Below are positions 22,369 to 31,315 of a stretch of DNA of 64,000 nt, piece by piece. The stretch is from Methylibium sp. (GTDB lineage: Bacteria; Pseudomonadota; Gammaproteobacteria; Burkholderiales; Burkholderiaceae_C): positions 7,498 through 71,497 of the forward strand of contig NZ_JACDCW010000002.1 in the NCBI RefSeq assembly GCF_013817345.1, given 5' to 3'. The translations under genes and the position numbers were made by a program. The notes beneath the pieces are model-generated. The model was not told where the DNA came from. It saw nothing but the letters and a program-made list of their open reading frames with translations, and ran no database searches. Position 1 is the first letter of the stretch. Each line of letters begins with the position of its first letter.

Positions 22369-23274
22369 ATGAGGAATCTCAGCAAGAGAACAGCCGTTAT
22401 TACCGGCGCCGGTTCCGGCTTTGGGCTGGAGGCAGCACGCATTGCCGCCCGCGAGGGGATGAACGTCGTGATGGCCGACGTGCAGGCCGATGCGCTCGAG
22501 CAGGCCGCTGCCGAAATCAGCAGTTCGGGCGCGTCCGTGCTGTCGATGCGCGTGGATGTGGCCGAGGCCGCAGAGGTCGAGGCGTTGGGTGCCGCCACCG
22601 AAAAGCGCTTCGGCGCGCCGCACCTGGTCTTCAACAACGCCGGCGTCGGTGCCGGCGGCTTGATCTGGGAGCACACGCTGGCCGATTGGGAATGGGTCGT
22701 CGGCGTCAACCTCATGGGCGTAGCCCACGGCGTGCGCGTCTTCACGCCGATGATGCTGGCCGCCGCCCAGGCCGACCCGGACTACCGGGGCCACATCGTC
22801 AACACCGCTTCGATGGCCGGCTTGGTGAACGCGCCGAACATGGGCGTCTACAACGTCAGCAAGCATGCCGTCGTGGCGCTCAGCGAAACGCTCTACCAGG
22901 ATCTGCGGCTCGTTACCGAACAGGTCGGCGCCTCGGTGCTGTGCCCGTATTTCGTGCCGACCGGCATCAGCCGCAGCCAGCGCAACCGCCCGGGTGCGAT
23001 GGCTGCACAAAAGCCGACCGCGAGCCAACTCGTCGCCCAGGCGATGAGCGACAAGGCGGTCAACTCGGGCAAGGTGAGCGCCGCGCAGGTGGCGCAATCG
23101 GTGTTCGACGCCGTGCGCGAGAAGCGCTTCTACATCTACAGCCACCCGCAGGCGCTGGCCGGCGTGCAGACGCGGCTCGAAGACATCCTCCTGCCGCGCA
23201 ATCCGACCGACCCGTTCGCGGGCAGGCCCGAGATCGGCAAGAAGCTGCGCCGAGCGCTGCGCGTGCAGGCTTGA
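22369..23274 (+). CDS. Short-chain dehydrogenase/reductase (SDR)
   Basis: TGAGSGFG, NNAGVG, HIVNTAS and YNVSK (YxxxK). Confidence 0.93.
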   Translation: MRNLSKRTAVITGAGSGFGLEAARIAAREGMNVVMADVQADALEQAAAEISSSGASVLSMRVDVAEAAEVEALGAATEKRFGAPHLVFNNAGVGAGGLIWEHTLADWEWVVGVNLMGVAHGVRVFTPMMLAAAQADPDYRGHIVNTASMAGLVNAPNMGVYNVSKHAVVALSETLYQDLRLVTEQVGASVLCPYFVPTGISRSQRNRPGAMAAQKPTASQLVAQAMSDKAVNSGKVSAAQVAQSVFDAVREKRFYIYSHPQALAGVQTRLEDILLPRNPTDPFAGRPEIGKKLRRALRVQA

Positions 23275-23495
23275 GCCCTAGCGGGCGGCCTTTCGCGCCG
23301 CTCGTCGATCTGCATTCCAGAGCGGGCCGGGAAAGCCCGACCTCGCAGTGGCGGATCGTTTTGCCGCACCGCTTCCCGCCAACGGAAGCGGGGTCATCGC
23401 GGGCGACCCGCAGGTCCGCAAGAAGCAGTCGCCGTCCCTCCGCGGGCACAAGCTCTGCCCGTAACGAAACGTCAACTTTGTTGGAGGATCCGACC

Positions 23496-24266
23496 ATGCT
23501 CTTCAGCACCAGGCAACTCGAAGGGTTCAAGCTCGACGCCCGCGATGGCGAAATCGGTCGCGTGCGCGAGGTCTATTTCGACGACCGGCACTGGGTGATC
23601 CGGCATCTCGTCGTGGACACCGGCGGCTGGCTGTCCGGCCGCAAGGTGCTCATCTCTCCGCATTCGATAGAGCGGCTCGACCGCGACCAGCAACGGCTCA
23701 CCGTGGCCCTGTCGCGCCAGCAGATCGAAGACGCGCCGGGCATCGACGCCGACAAGCCGGTCTCCCGGCAGCACGAGATTGCCTTCTCCGATCACTACGG
23801 CTATCCCTACTACTGGACCGGCACCGGCTTGTGGGGTGCGGCGGCGTATCCGCTGACGGTCGGTGCGATGGCTGTACCGCAGGCTGAAGACGGCCGGGCG
23901 CGTGAGCTTTCGCAGCGCGCCGCGCAGGCCGAGGACGCCGCCGCCGACCCGAACCTGCGCAGCAGCAAGGAGGTGATCGGCTACCACATCGAGGCCGGCG
24001 ACGGCAGCATCGGCCACATCGAGGATTTCCTGTTCGACGAGCGCTCCTGGCAAATACGCCAAGCCGTCGTCGACACGCGCAACTGGCTGCCGGGGCGGCT
24101 CGTGCTGGTGTCGCCCGAGGCCATCGAAAGCGTCGACTGGAGCGCCCGCCAAGTGCGGGTGAAGCTCACGCGCGAAGCGGTCAAGGCCAGCCCGCCCTAC
24201 GACCGCAATGCGCCGCTGTCGGGCGAGGGCGAGTCGGCGCTTCAAGCCCGTCACGAACGGAGCTGA
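23496..24266 (+). CDS. Tandem PRC-barrel domain protein
   Basis: RBS GGAGG; two copies of the pattern (D/A)xDGxIGx(V/I)xDxxFD(D/E)RxWxIRxxVVDTxxWLxGRxVL(I/V)SP. Confidence 0.88.
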   Translation: MLFSTRQLEGFKLDARDGEIGRVREVYFDDRHWVIRHLVVDTGGWLSGRKVLISPHSIERLDRDQQRLTVALSRQQIEDAPGIDADKPVSRQHEIAFSDHYGYPYYWTGTGLWGAAAYPLTVGAMAVPQAEDGRARELSQRAAQAEDAAADPNLRSSKEVIGYHIEAGDGSIGHIEDFLFDERSWQIRQAVVDTRNWLPGRLVLVSPEAIESVDWSARQVRVKLTREAVKASPPYDRNAPLSGEGESALQARHERS

Positions 24267-24360
24267 ATCACGTTGAGCCGGGCGGCAAGGTCACCGGTGT
24301 CGTTTATTTCCCGGGCGTCTGATCGTCCTGAAACGGACGACTGACTCAACACGGCGGCAC

Positions 24361-24375
24361 AGGCATCTTGCTTGC
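24361..24375 (+). promoter_or_regulatory. Possible sigma54 (-24/-12) promoter
   Basis: AGGCATCTTGCTTGC has GG-N10-GC spacing with TTGC, ~70 bp upstream of the PRC/EF-hand gene. Confidence 0.35.
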
Positions 24376-24443
24376 CGGCTCAAGATGTACCAACGCTTTT
24401 CGGGCTCGCGAAGCAGTCCTCTATTTCGACCAGGAGAAGCACC

Positions 24444-25553
24444 ATGCGCAACACAACCCTCTCGAGCACTACAACCCTTTCCAGACTCGCCCGGTTCGCC
24501 GTCGTGCCGGCCGCCATCGCCATGGGCTTTTCCATGCCGAGCCATGCGCAAACCAGCACCAGCGCCGACAAGGCTCAGGCAAACAGTGCAACCACCGGCA
24601 GCAAGGCTGCCCAGAAAACGCAGTACCGCGGCGTGCGTGCCAGCGAAATGATCGGCATGAGCGTGCGCAACCCCAAGGGCGACAACATTGGGGAGATCGG
24701 CGACATGATCGTCAACATGAATACCGGCGACGTGCGCTACGCGATCCTGAAGTTCGATCCGGGCATCCTGCAGGGCGAGGAGCTGTACGCCGTGCCGACT
24801 ACCGAGCTGCGCATTGCCGCAGATCGCGACGACGTGGTCTACAACATGAGCGAAGCCAAGCTCGAGCGCGGGAAGATCGACCGAGCCGGCTGGGACGACG
24901 GCATCTGGAACGACCCCGACTACCTCGCCAAGCTCGACACGGTACAGGGCATCAAGCAGCCGACACGCGGCGCGCGGGCGCACCGCGCGAGCGACCTGAT
25001 CGGCAAGGACGTGAACAGCAAAAGCGGCGAGAAGATCGGCGAGATCGAAGAGCTGATCATCAACATGGCCACGCAGAAAGTGCACTACGCCGTGCTCGAA
25101 TTCGACCCGAGCTGGGTCTCGCCGGATCAGAACTACGCCTTCCCGCTGACGTCGTTCAAGTTGACCGACGGCAAGGACGAACTCGTGCTCGACATCACGA
25201 AGTCCAAGCTCCAGGCGATGAAGAACTTTCCCGACAGCCGCTACGAAAATCTCAACGACCGTGTGTGGGTCGCCGACATCGACCGCTATTTCGTGACCGC
25301 GCTGCCGGCGTCAGCTGGCGGCGGCATGGCCGCCACGTCTGGCGCCAACGGCGGCAGCATGGCCGGTTCTGACGCCCCGCCTGCGGGGCTGTTCTCGCGC
25401 CTGGACGACGACAAGGACGGCTCGCTCGACAAGGCCGAGGTCAAAGACACGGCGGATGTGGACCGCAACTGGAAGCGCTTCGACAAGAACGGCGACAACC
25501 GTATCAGCAAGGACGAGTTCACCAGCAATTACACGATCGAACCGGGTCGCTGA
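24444..25553 (+). CDS. Secreted protein with two PRC-barrels and a C-terminal EF-hand pair
   Basis: Signal peptide; RASEMIGMSV.N..G..IGEI and RASDLIGKDV...GEKIGEI barrels; 12-residue loops DDDKDGSLDKAE and DKNGDNRISKDE. Confidence 0.82.
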   Translation: MRNTTLSSTTTLSRLARFAVVPAAIAMGFSMPSHAQTSTSADKAQANSATTGSKAAQKTQYRGVRASEMIGMSVRNPKGDNIGEIGDMIVNMNTGDVRYAILKFDPGILQGEELYAVPTTELRIAADRDDVVYNMSEAKLERGKIDRAGWDDGIWNDPDYLAKLDTVQGIKQPTRGARAHRASDLIGKDVNSKSGEKIGEIEELIINMATQKVHYAVLEFDPSWVSPDQNYAFPLTSFKLTDGKDELVLDITKSKLQAMKNFPDSRYENLNDRVWVADIDRYFVTALPASAGGGMAATSGANGGSMAGSDAPPAGLFSRLDDDKDGSLDKAEVKDTADVDRNWKRFDKNGDNRISKDEFTSNYTIEPGR

Positions 25554-25562
25554 CCGTGAGGC

Positions 25563-25604
25563 GGCCTGCGATCGCTCAACCCCTGCGGGTGAGCGGCGCA
25601 GGCC
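25563..25604. terminator. Stem-loop between convergent genes
   Basis: GGCCTGCG.TCGCTCA...TGAGCG.CGCAGGCC inverted repeat; no clear U-tract. Confidence 0.4.
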
Positions 25605-25643
25605 CGCCGAACCGGCTGCCGTTGATACGCCTGTAGCGAAGGC

Positions 25644-26135
25644 TCATCGGTCGCGTGCGATCAGACGGTCCTCGAACTCGATCGTCATCGGCTCGCCGCC
25701 GCCGACCGGCCGTGCAGTGATCGTGAAGCTGAAATTTCGCAGGGGGGCAAGGCCGAAAGTGCCGAGATAGGACACACGCCCGTTTTGCTCGATTTCGCGC
25801 ATTTCGATCGCCTCGGTTTGCCCGAGCAGATTGCGCTGGGTGGCGCTGACCTCGGCCCGCACCGGCATCTGCCGTCCGTCCTTGCGCTCGAGAACCACGA
25901 GGTTCAGCACGGCGCGGTCGGCCGCGCGCTCGATGCCGTGGTTTTCTGCCGTGCCAGGCGCCAGGGACTCGCTGTTGACCGCGTTGGCCCGCAGCGTGTA
26001 GCGGCCGAATTCGGATACTTGAACGGCAGGACCGCCGCGGCCCGCAGCGTCGTTGCGGTCGACGGCGCCGCCCTGGGCGCTTGCAACGGTGGCCGTTGCG
26101 GCAAGGAACAGCGTGGGAATCAGGTGTTTCAGCAT
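25644..26135 (-). CDS. DUF4426-like exported protein
   Basis: Signal peptide; EFGRYTLRANAVNS..L...A..HGIER...RAVLNLVV, NLLGQ and YLGTF pattern. Confidence 0.75.
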   Translation of the reverse strand: MLKHLIPTLFLAATATVASAQGGAVDRNDAAGRGGPAVQVSEFGRYTLRANAVNSESLAPGTAENHGIERAADRAVLNLVVLERKDGRQMPVRAEVSATQRNLLGQTEAIEMREIEQNGRVSYLGTFGLAPLRNFSFTITARPVGGGEPMTIEFEDRLIARDR

Positions 26136-26211
26136 GCCGATTTGCAGCAACCGACATGCCCAGGGGTCGCAAGCGCTGCGAGGCCACGCCCGACCTGATA
26201 TGTTCCGCGCG

Positions 26212-27876
26212 ATGAGTACCGATCCCGCCGCGAACTCGTCCTCGTTTGCAAGCGCGGCCGCTGCGTTGCGGCGGTGGGCGGATCGCAACGTCCTCGGGCT
26301 CGGCCGCGAAATGCGGTGGTCGTACCTGCCGCCGCTGATGGTGTATGTCGCCGCAGGCATCTCGGGGCTCACCGCCATCGTCGGCACCTTCTACGTGAAG
26401 GAGCGTCTGGGGCTGTCGGCCGAGTTCCTCGCCGCACTCGGCTTCTGGGCCACGCTGCCATGGTCGCTCAAGATGCCGCTCGGGCACCTCGTCGATCTGC
26501 TGTGGCGCTGGAAGGCCGGCCTCGTGTTCATCGGCGCCGGCCTGATCGCCGCAAGCCTCTTCATCATGATCGGGCTGCTCGGGCACACCGAAGCCATGCA
26601 GGCGGTGGCCACGGTGGAAGCCTGGTTCGTGCTGTCCGCGCTGCTGGCACCCATCGGTTATGTCGTACAGGACACGGTGGCCGACGCCATGACGGTTGAG
26701 GCCGTTCCGCGTTTCGACAGCGAAGGCCGGCCCATCGCGCCGGCCATGCTGCGCTCCATGCACACGACCATGCAGACGCTCGGCCGCGTGGCGATCATCG
26801 GCGGCTCGGTGCTGATCTCGGTGGCCAACGTGGTGCTGCTGCGGGACGCCGGCGCCCTGCCTCCCGACGAGCTGGCCCGGCTCTACCTGCGCATCTACGA
26901 ACTCGCGCTGATCATTCCGGTGGTGTCGGTGCTCGGCGTGGCGCTCGGCCTGTGGTTGCGCTGGCGCCAGGCGGCCGGGCTCGCCGGGAAGGGGTTCTCG
27001 GACGAGCAACTGCGCACGATGATGAACCCGCACGGCGAGCCCCCGCCGATCAACTGGTGGATCCTCGGCGGCGGGCTCTCCTTCGCGGCCGTCGCCGTGG
27101 CGGTCGGCTTGGGCGACGTGGCGGCGGGGCAGGAGATCATTTTCGTGGCCTCGATGGCGATCGTGCTGTTCCTCATCCGGCAGCTCACGCGCGAGCTGCC
27201 GGCCGAGGCGCGCAACGTGCTGGTCGGCACGGCCGTGGTCATCTTCGTGTTCCGGGCCATGCCCGGCCCGGGCGCGGGCTCGACCTGGTGGATGATCGAC
27301 GAGCTCGATTTCGACCAGCAGTTCATCGCCATGCTGTCGCTGCTGGGCAGCGTGCTGACGCTGGCGGGCCTGTTCATCTTCCGCCGCTTCATGGCGGAGC
27401 GTTCGATCGCCTACATCGTCGGCCTGCTCACCGTCGCCAGCACGCTGCTCAGCCTGCCGATCGTCGGCATGTACTACGGGCTGCACGAATGGACAGCGGC
27501 GCTCACGGGCGGCGTGATCGACGCCCGAGCGATTGCGCTCATCGACACGGCGCTCGAGTCGCCGCTCGGCCAGATCGCCATGGTGCCGATGCTGGCGTGG
27601 ATCGCCAATTCGGCGCCGGACCGTCTGAAAGCGACCTTCTTCGCCGTCATGGCCTCGTTCACGAACCTCGCGCTGTCGGCCTCGCAGCTCGGCACGAAGT
27701 ACCTCAACGAGGTGTTCCTCGTCACGCGGGAGGTGAAAGCCCCCGGCGGGGCGGTGCAGGTGCCGGCCGATTACGGCGAACTCGGGTGGCTGTTCATCAC
27801 CGCGACCGCGATCGGTCTGGTGCTGCCGCTGCTGGCGATCGTGTTCGTGAAGGCGACCCGGTTTCGCAGCGCATAG
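26212..27876 (+). CDS. BT1-family (folate/biopterin transporter-like) MFS protein
   Basis: LPWSLKMPLGHLVD, DTVADAMTVE, A.SAP..LKATFFAVMAS.TNLA; about 12 hydrophobic segments. Confidence 0.75.
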   Translation: MSTDPAANSSSFASAAAALRRWADRNVLGLGREMRWSYLPPLMVYVAAGISGLTAIVGTFYVKERLGLSAEFLAALGFWATLPWSLKMPLGHLVDLLWRWKAGLVFIGAGLIAASLFIMIGLLGHTEAMQAVATVEAWFVLSALLAPIGYVVQDTVADAMTVEAVPRFDSEGRPIAPAMLRSMHTTMQTLGRVAIIGGSVLISVANVVLLRDAGALPPDELARLYLRIYELALIIPVVSVLGVALGLWLRWRQAAGLAGKGFSDEQLRTMMNPHGEPPPINWWILGGGLSFAAVAVAVGLGDVAAGQEIIFVASMAIVLFLIRQLTRELPAEARNVLVGTAVVIFVFRAMPGPGAGSTWWMIDELDFDQQFIAMLSLLGSVLTLAGLFIFRRFMAERSIAYIVGLLTVASTLLSLPIVGMYYGLHEWTAALTGGVIDARAIALIDTALESPLGQIAMVPMLAWIANSAPDRLKATFFAVMASFTNLALSASQLGTKYLNEVFLVTREVKAPGGAVQVPADYGELGWLFITATAIGLVLPLLAIVFVKATRFRSA

Positions 27877-27923
27877 CCTGCCGCTCGCGGCCGGGGTCGC
27901 ATGTCAAACTGCCTGAATGAACC

Positions 27924-28000
27924 ACCCCCGAAGCGCCTGCGGCGCCTCCCCCTCGAGGGGGCGACGCCAGCAGACCGGCGAAGCCGGATCTGCGGCGTCT
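27924..28000. repeat. Burkholderiales-type composite extragenic palindrome
   Basis: CCCCC-TCGA-GGGGG hairpin followed by nested GACGCC-AG-CAGA-CCGG-CGAAG-CCGG-A-TCTG-C-GGCGTC; resembles dispersed intergenic repeats of this group (recalled, not searched). Confidence 0.6.
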
Positions 28001-28152
28001 GCCTGGCTGCGACGGTTCATGCGTCGTGGGTTGCGCGAAGCACGTGGAGCAACTGAGATGACACCGATCCGCGTTCGCACTTTCGCTGTACCCCGGCGAC
28101 CCCCCATGCCGGTGTTGCGACATGCGCAACGCCCTGCGGCAAAGGCGCTTCG

Positions 28153-28674
28153 ATGAGCGCGTCGCCCCAACCCGGCCGCGCCGAGGACATCGAGCCCTTC
28201 TGGCTCGACTACCAGCGCCAGTGCGGTATTAAGGTCGAAGGCTTCGCGGCCAGCGCCCTCGGCCACACACGGCCGCTCGCCGACGAACTGGCCGATCTGG
28301 TGGCCCGCGGCATCAAGCGCGCCCATGCCACGCTGCACCGCGACTTCCAGAAGGACCTCGAGCCCCTGCCGCAACCGGGCGACCACCTCGTGGTGCTCGA
28401 CGGCGCCGGCCGGCCGCGCGCCATCGTGCGCAACACCCACGTCGAGCTGCGCCACTTCCACGACATCGACGACCGTTTCGCCTTCGAGGCCGGCGAGGGC
28501 GACCTGAGCCTGCGCTGGTGGCTCACCGCCCACCGGCAGGACTTCGCCGAACGCGGCGAGCGCGAAGGCTTCGAGGCGAGCGAGAGCTTGGAGCTGGTGC
28601 TCGAGCATTTCGAGATCGTGTGGCCCCAGCCGGTGACAGCCGCGCCTGCGCAAGAACTGCGCGACGCAGGGTGA
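28153..28674 (+). CDS. ASCH domain protein
   Basis: ADELADLVARGIKRA (GxK), PQPGDHLVVLDG.GRPRAIV, FAFEAGEGDLSL.WW..H. Confidence 0.88.
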   Translation: MSASPQPGRAEDIEPFWLDYQRQCGIKVEGFAASALGHTRPLADELADLVARGIKRAHATLHRDFQKDLEPLPQPGDHLVVLDGAGRPRAIVRNTHVELRHFHDIDDRFAFEAGEGDLSLRWWLTAHRQDFAERGEREGFEASESLELVLEHFEIVWPQPVTAAPAQELRDAG

Positions 28675-28676
28675 GC

Positions 28677-30047
28677 ATGGCAGCGCCTGCCGGCGACGCT
28701 GGGGGCGCGTCGGCGTCGGCGTCATCCGCAACTGTGAGCGGCGCATCGGCGCCGACCGAATGCCACCGGATCGACGGCGACACCCCGGCCGCGGCCAAGG
28801 TGGCTGTCATTGGCGGCGGGCCGGCCGGGCTGATGGCGGCAGAGGTGCTGGCCGCCGGCGGGGCGCGCGTCGATCTGTACGACGCCATGCCCTCGGTCGG
28901 CCGCAAGTTTTTGCTGGCCGGCAAGGGCGGCCTGAACCTCACGCACGGCGAGCCGCTGAAAGACTTTTGCGCGAGATACGGCCCGCGCACTGAGGAGGTC
29001 GGCGCTTGGCTCGAGGTGCTGCCGCCGGCCGCGGTGCGCGACTGGGCCGAAGGGCTTGGCGTCAGCACCTTTGTCGGCAGCTCGGGCCGCGTGTTTCCGA
29101 CCGACCTCAAGGCCGCGCCGCTGTTGCGCGCCTGGCTGCACCGCCTGCGTACGGCCGGCGTCGGTTTTCACAGTCGGCATCGCTGGCAGGGGTGGGCGGA
29201 AGACGGCGCACTGCGTTTCGCGACGCCGCAGGGCGAGCGCGCCGCGAAGGCCGACGCGGTGGTGCTGGCGCTGGGCGGCGCGAGCTGGCCGCAGCTCGGT
29301 TCGGACGGCGCCTGGACCGCGCCGCTGGCGGCCCGCGGCGTGGAGACGGCGCCGCTGCTGCCCTCGAACTGCGGTTTCGACGTGGGCCATGCCGGCCAGC
29401 CGATCGGCTGGAGCGAGCATTTCCGCGAGCGCTTCGCCGGTGCGCCGATCAAGCCGGTGGTGCTGGCCTTCACCGACCGCCACGGCGCGCAATTCCGGCG
29501 CCAGGGCGAGTTCGTCGTCACGGCCACCGGCATCGAAGGCAGCCTGGTCTACGCGGCGTCGAGCGCACTGCGCGATGAAATCGCGGCAGAAGGCGCCGCG
29601 ACGATCCACCTCGACCTCCTTCCCGACCGCAGCGCCGAGTTCGTCGCCGCGGAAGTCGGGCGTCCGCGCGGGCCGCGCACGCTGGCCACGCAACTGAGGA
29701 GCCGGCTCGGCATCACCGGCGTCAAGGCAGCGCTGCTGTATGAAGTGCTCGGCAAGGAAGCGATGCACGACCCGGTGCAGCTTGCGGCGGCATGCAAGGC
29801 CCTGCCGCTGCGGCTGGTGTCGCCCCGGCCCATCGCCGAAGCGATCAGCACTGTCGGCGGCGTGCGCCTGCAATCGCTGGATGAACGGCTGATGCTGCGC
29901 GCCGTGCCGAGCGTGTTCTGCGCCGGCGAAATGCTCGACTGGGAAGCGCCCACGGGCGGCTACCTCCTCACGGCCAGCATGGCCAGCGGGCGGGTGGCGG
30001 GGCAGGGCGCGCTCGACTGGCTGGCCGGCAGGGCAACCGTTCCCTGA
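28677..30047 (+). CDS. HI0933/BaiN-like flavoprotein (TIGR03862-type)
   Basis: GGGPAGLMAA, GRKFLLAGKGGLNLTH, GSSGRVFP, EAISTVGGV and GEMLDWEAPTGGYLL. Confidence 0.9.
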   Translation: MAAPAGDAGGASASASSATVSGASAPTECHRIDGDTPAAAKVAVIGGGPAGLMAAEVLAAGGARVDLYDAMPSVGRKFLLAGKGGLNLTHGEPLKDFCARYGPRTEEVGAWLEVLPPAAVRDWAEGLGVSTFVGSSGRVFPTDLKAAPLLRAWLHRLRTAGVGFHSRHRWQGWAEDGALRFATPQGERAAKADAVVLALGGASWPQLGSDGAWTAPLAARGVETAPLLPSNCGFDVGHAGQPIGWSEHFRERFAGAPIKPVVLAFTDRHGAQFRRQGEFVVTATGIEGSLVYAASSALRDEIAAEGAATIHLDLLPDRSAEFVAAEVGRPRGPRTLATQLRSRLGITGVKAALLYEVLGKEAMHDPVQLAAACKALPLRLVSPRPIAEAISTVGGVRLQSLDERLMLRAVPSVFCAGEMLDWEAPTGGYLLTASMASGRVAGQGALDWLAGRATVP

Positions 30048-30110
30048 TCTTGCCGGCACCCTGTGTTAGAACCCCCGGCATCTGCAGAAACTCCCCTTGC
30101 ACAGCCTCTC

Positions 30111-31106
30111 ATGAATGCCGCCGTACAGCCTGTTCACGTGGTCCGCTCCGAGGCGCGCCACCTCCACCCCGCGTGCGAACGTTGGAGCGTCGAAGCCACG
30201 CTGGCCTTGTTCGACCTGCCCTTCAACGACCTGATGTTCCGTGCCCAGCAAGTGCACCGCGAGCACTTCGACGCCAACGCAGTGCAGCGCTCGACCCTGC
30301 TGTCCATCAAGACCGGCGGCTGCCCGGAGGATTGCGCCTACTGCCCGCAGTCGGTGCATTACGACACCGGCGTCGAAGCCGACAAGCTGATGGAGCCGAG
30401 CGCCGTGCGCGCCGCCGCCGAAGCCGCGGTGGCGGCCGGCGCTACGCGCTTTTGCATGGGCGCGGCCTGGCGCGAACCGAAAGACCGCGACATCGAGAAA
30501 GTGGCCGCACTGGTGCGCGAGGTCAAGTCGCTGGGTCTCGAGGCCTGCTGCACGCTCGGCATGCTGAGCCGGCCCCAGGCCGCGGCGCTCAAGGAAGCCG
30601 GCGTCGATTACTACAACCACAACCTCGACACCTCGCCCGAGGCCTACGGCCGCATCATCGGCACGCGCGTGTACGAGGAGCGGCTGCAGACCCTGGCCCA
30701 TGTGCGCGAGGCCGGCATGAACGTGTGCTGCGGCGGCATCGTCGGCATGGGCGAGAGCCGGCGCGAGCGGGCCGGCCTGGTGGCGCAGCTTGCCAACCTC
30801 GATCCGCACCCGGAGTCGGTGCCGATCAACGAGCTCGTGCAGGTGGAGGGCACGCCGCTGGCCGGCACCGACAAGCTCGATCCCTTCGAGTTCGTGCGCA
30901 CGATCGCGGTGGCGCGCATCACCATGCCGACGGCCTACGTGCGGCTGTCCGCAGGCCGCCAGCAAATGGGCGACGCCATCCAGGCGCTGTGCTTTCTGGC
31001 CGGCGCCAACTCCATCTTCTACGGCGAGAAGCTGCTCACGACCGGCAACCCGGACGTGGCACGCGACGAAGCGCTGTTCGAGACGCTGGGTCTGCACGCC
31101 GTCTGA
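30111..31106 (+). CDS. bioB: Biotin synthase (radical SAM)
   Basis: [10 protein letters not shown] (CxxxCxxC), [28 protein letters not shown] and [12 protein letters not shown]. An alternative GTG start exists at 30063. Confidence 0.97.
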   Translation: MNAAVQPVHVVRSEARHLHPACERWSVEATLALFDLPFNDLMFRAQQVHREHFDANAVQRSTLLSIKTGGCPEDCAYCPQSVHYDTGVEADKLMEPSAVRAAAEAAVAAGATRFCMGAAWREPKDRDIEKVAALVREVKSLGLEACCTLGMLSRPQAAALKEAGVDYYNHNLDTSPEAYGRIIGTRVYEERLQTLAHVREAGMNVCCGGIVGMGESRRERAGLVAQLANLDPHPESVPINELVQVEGTPLAGTDKLDPFEFVRTIAVARITMPTAYVRLSAGRQQMGDAIQALCFLAGANSIFYGEKLLTTGNPDVARDEALFETLGLHAV

Positions 31107-31155
31107 CCGCCCCTGCGCGTCGGCAGGGCGCGGCCGTTTACAGAATTCTGGCTGC

Positions 31156-31164
31156 TGTCCTACA
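31156..31164 (+). promoter_or_regulatory. TGTCCTACA motif upstream of opgD
   Basis: The same 9-mer occurs upstream of opgH in the equivalent orientation (38255-38263). Confidence 0.35.
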
Positions 31165-31315
31165 GACCGGGCGCCGGCGGGCCGCTACGCTGCGTCGTTG
31201 CTCGCTGCATCGCTGTCGTTGCATCGCGTCAGCGCCGGGCGGTGACCCGGTCAGCGGACGCTTCGCCTCTGCGGCCCGTGCGGCAAGCTGGTTTCCACGA
31301 CAACACGACCGCTCC

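Noticed and set aside
22201-22369. AT-rich patch as dif site or replication origin
   Set aside because: No XerC/XerD dif consensus (e.g. TTATGTTAAAT arm) and no DnaA-box cluster visible.
25400-25525. EF-hands as a lanmodulin-like lanthanide binder linked to the XoxF-like enzyme
   Set aside because: The loops lack the position-2 Pro characteristic of lanmodulin, there are only two, and the gene is ~35 kb from the PQQ module. Ordinary Ca2+-type EF-hands are the simpler reading.
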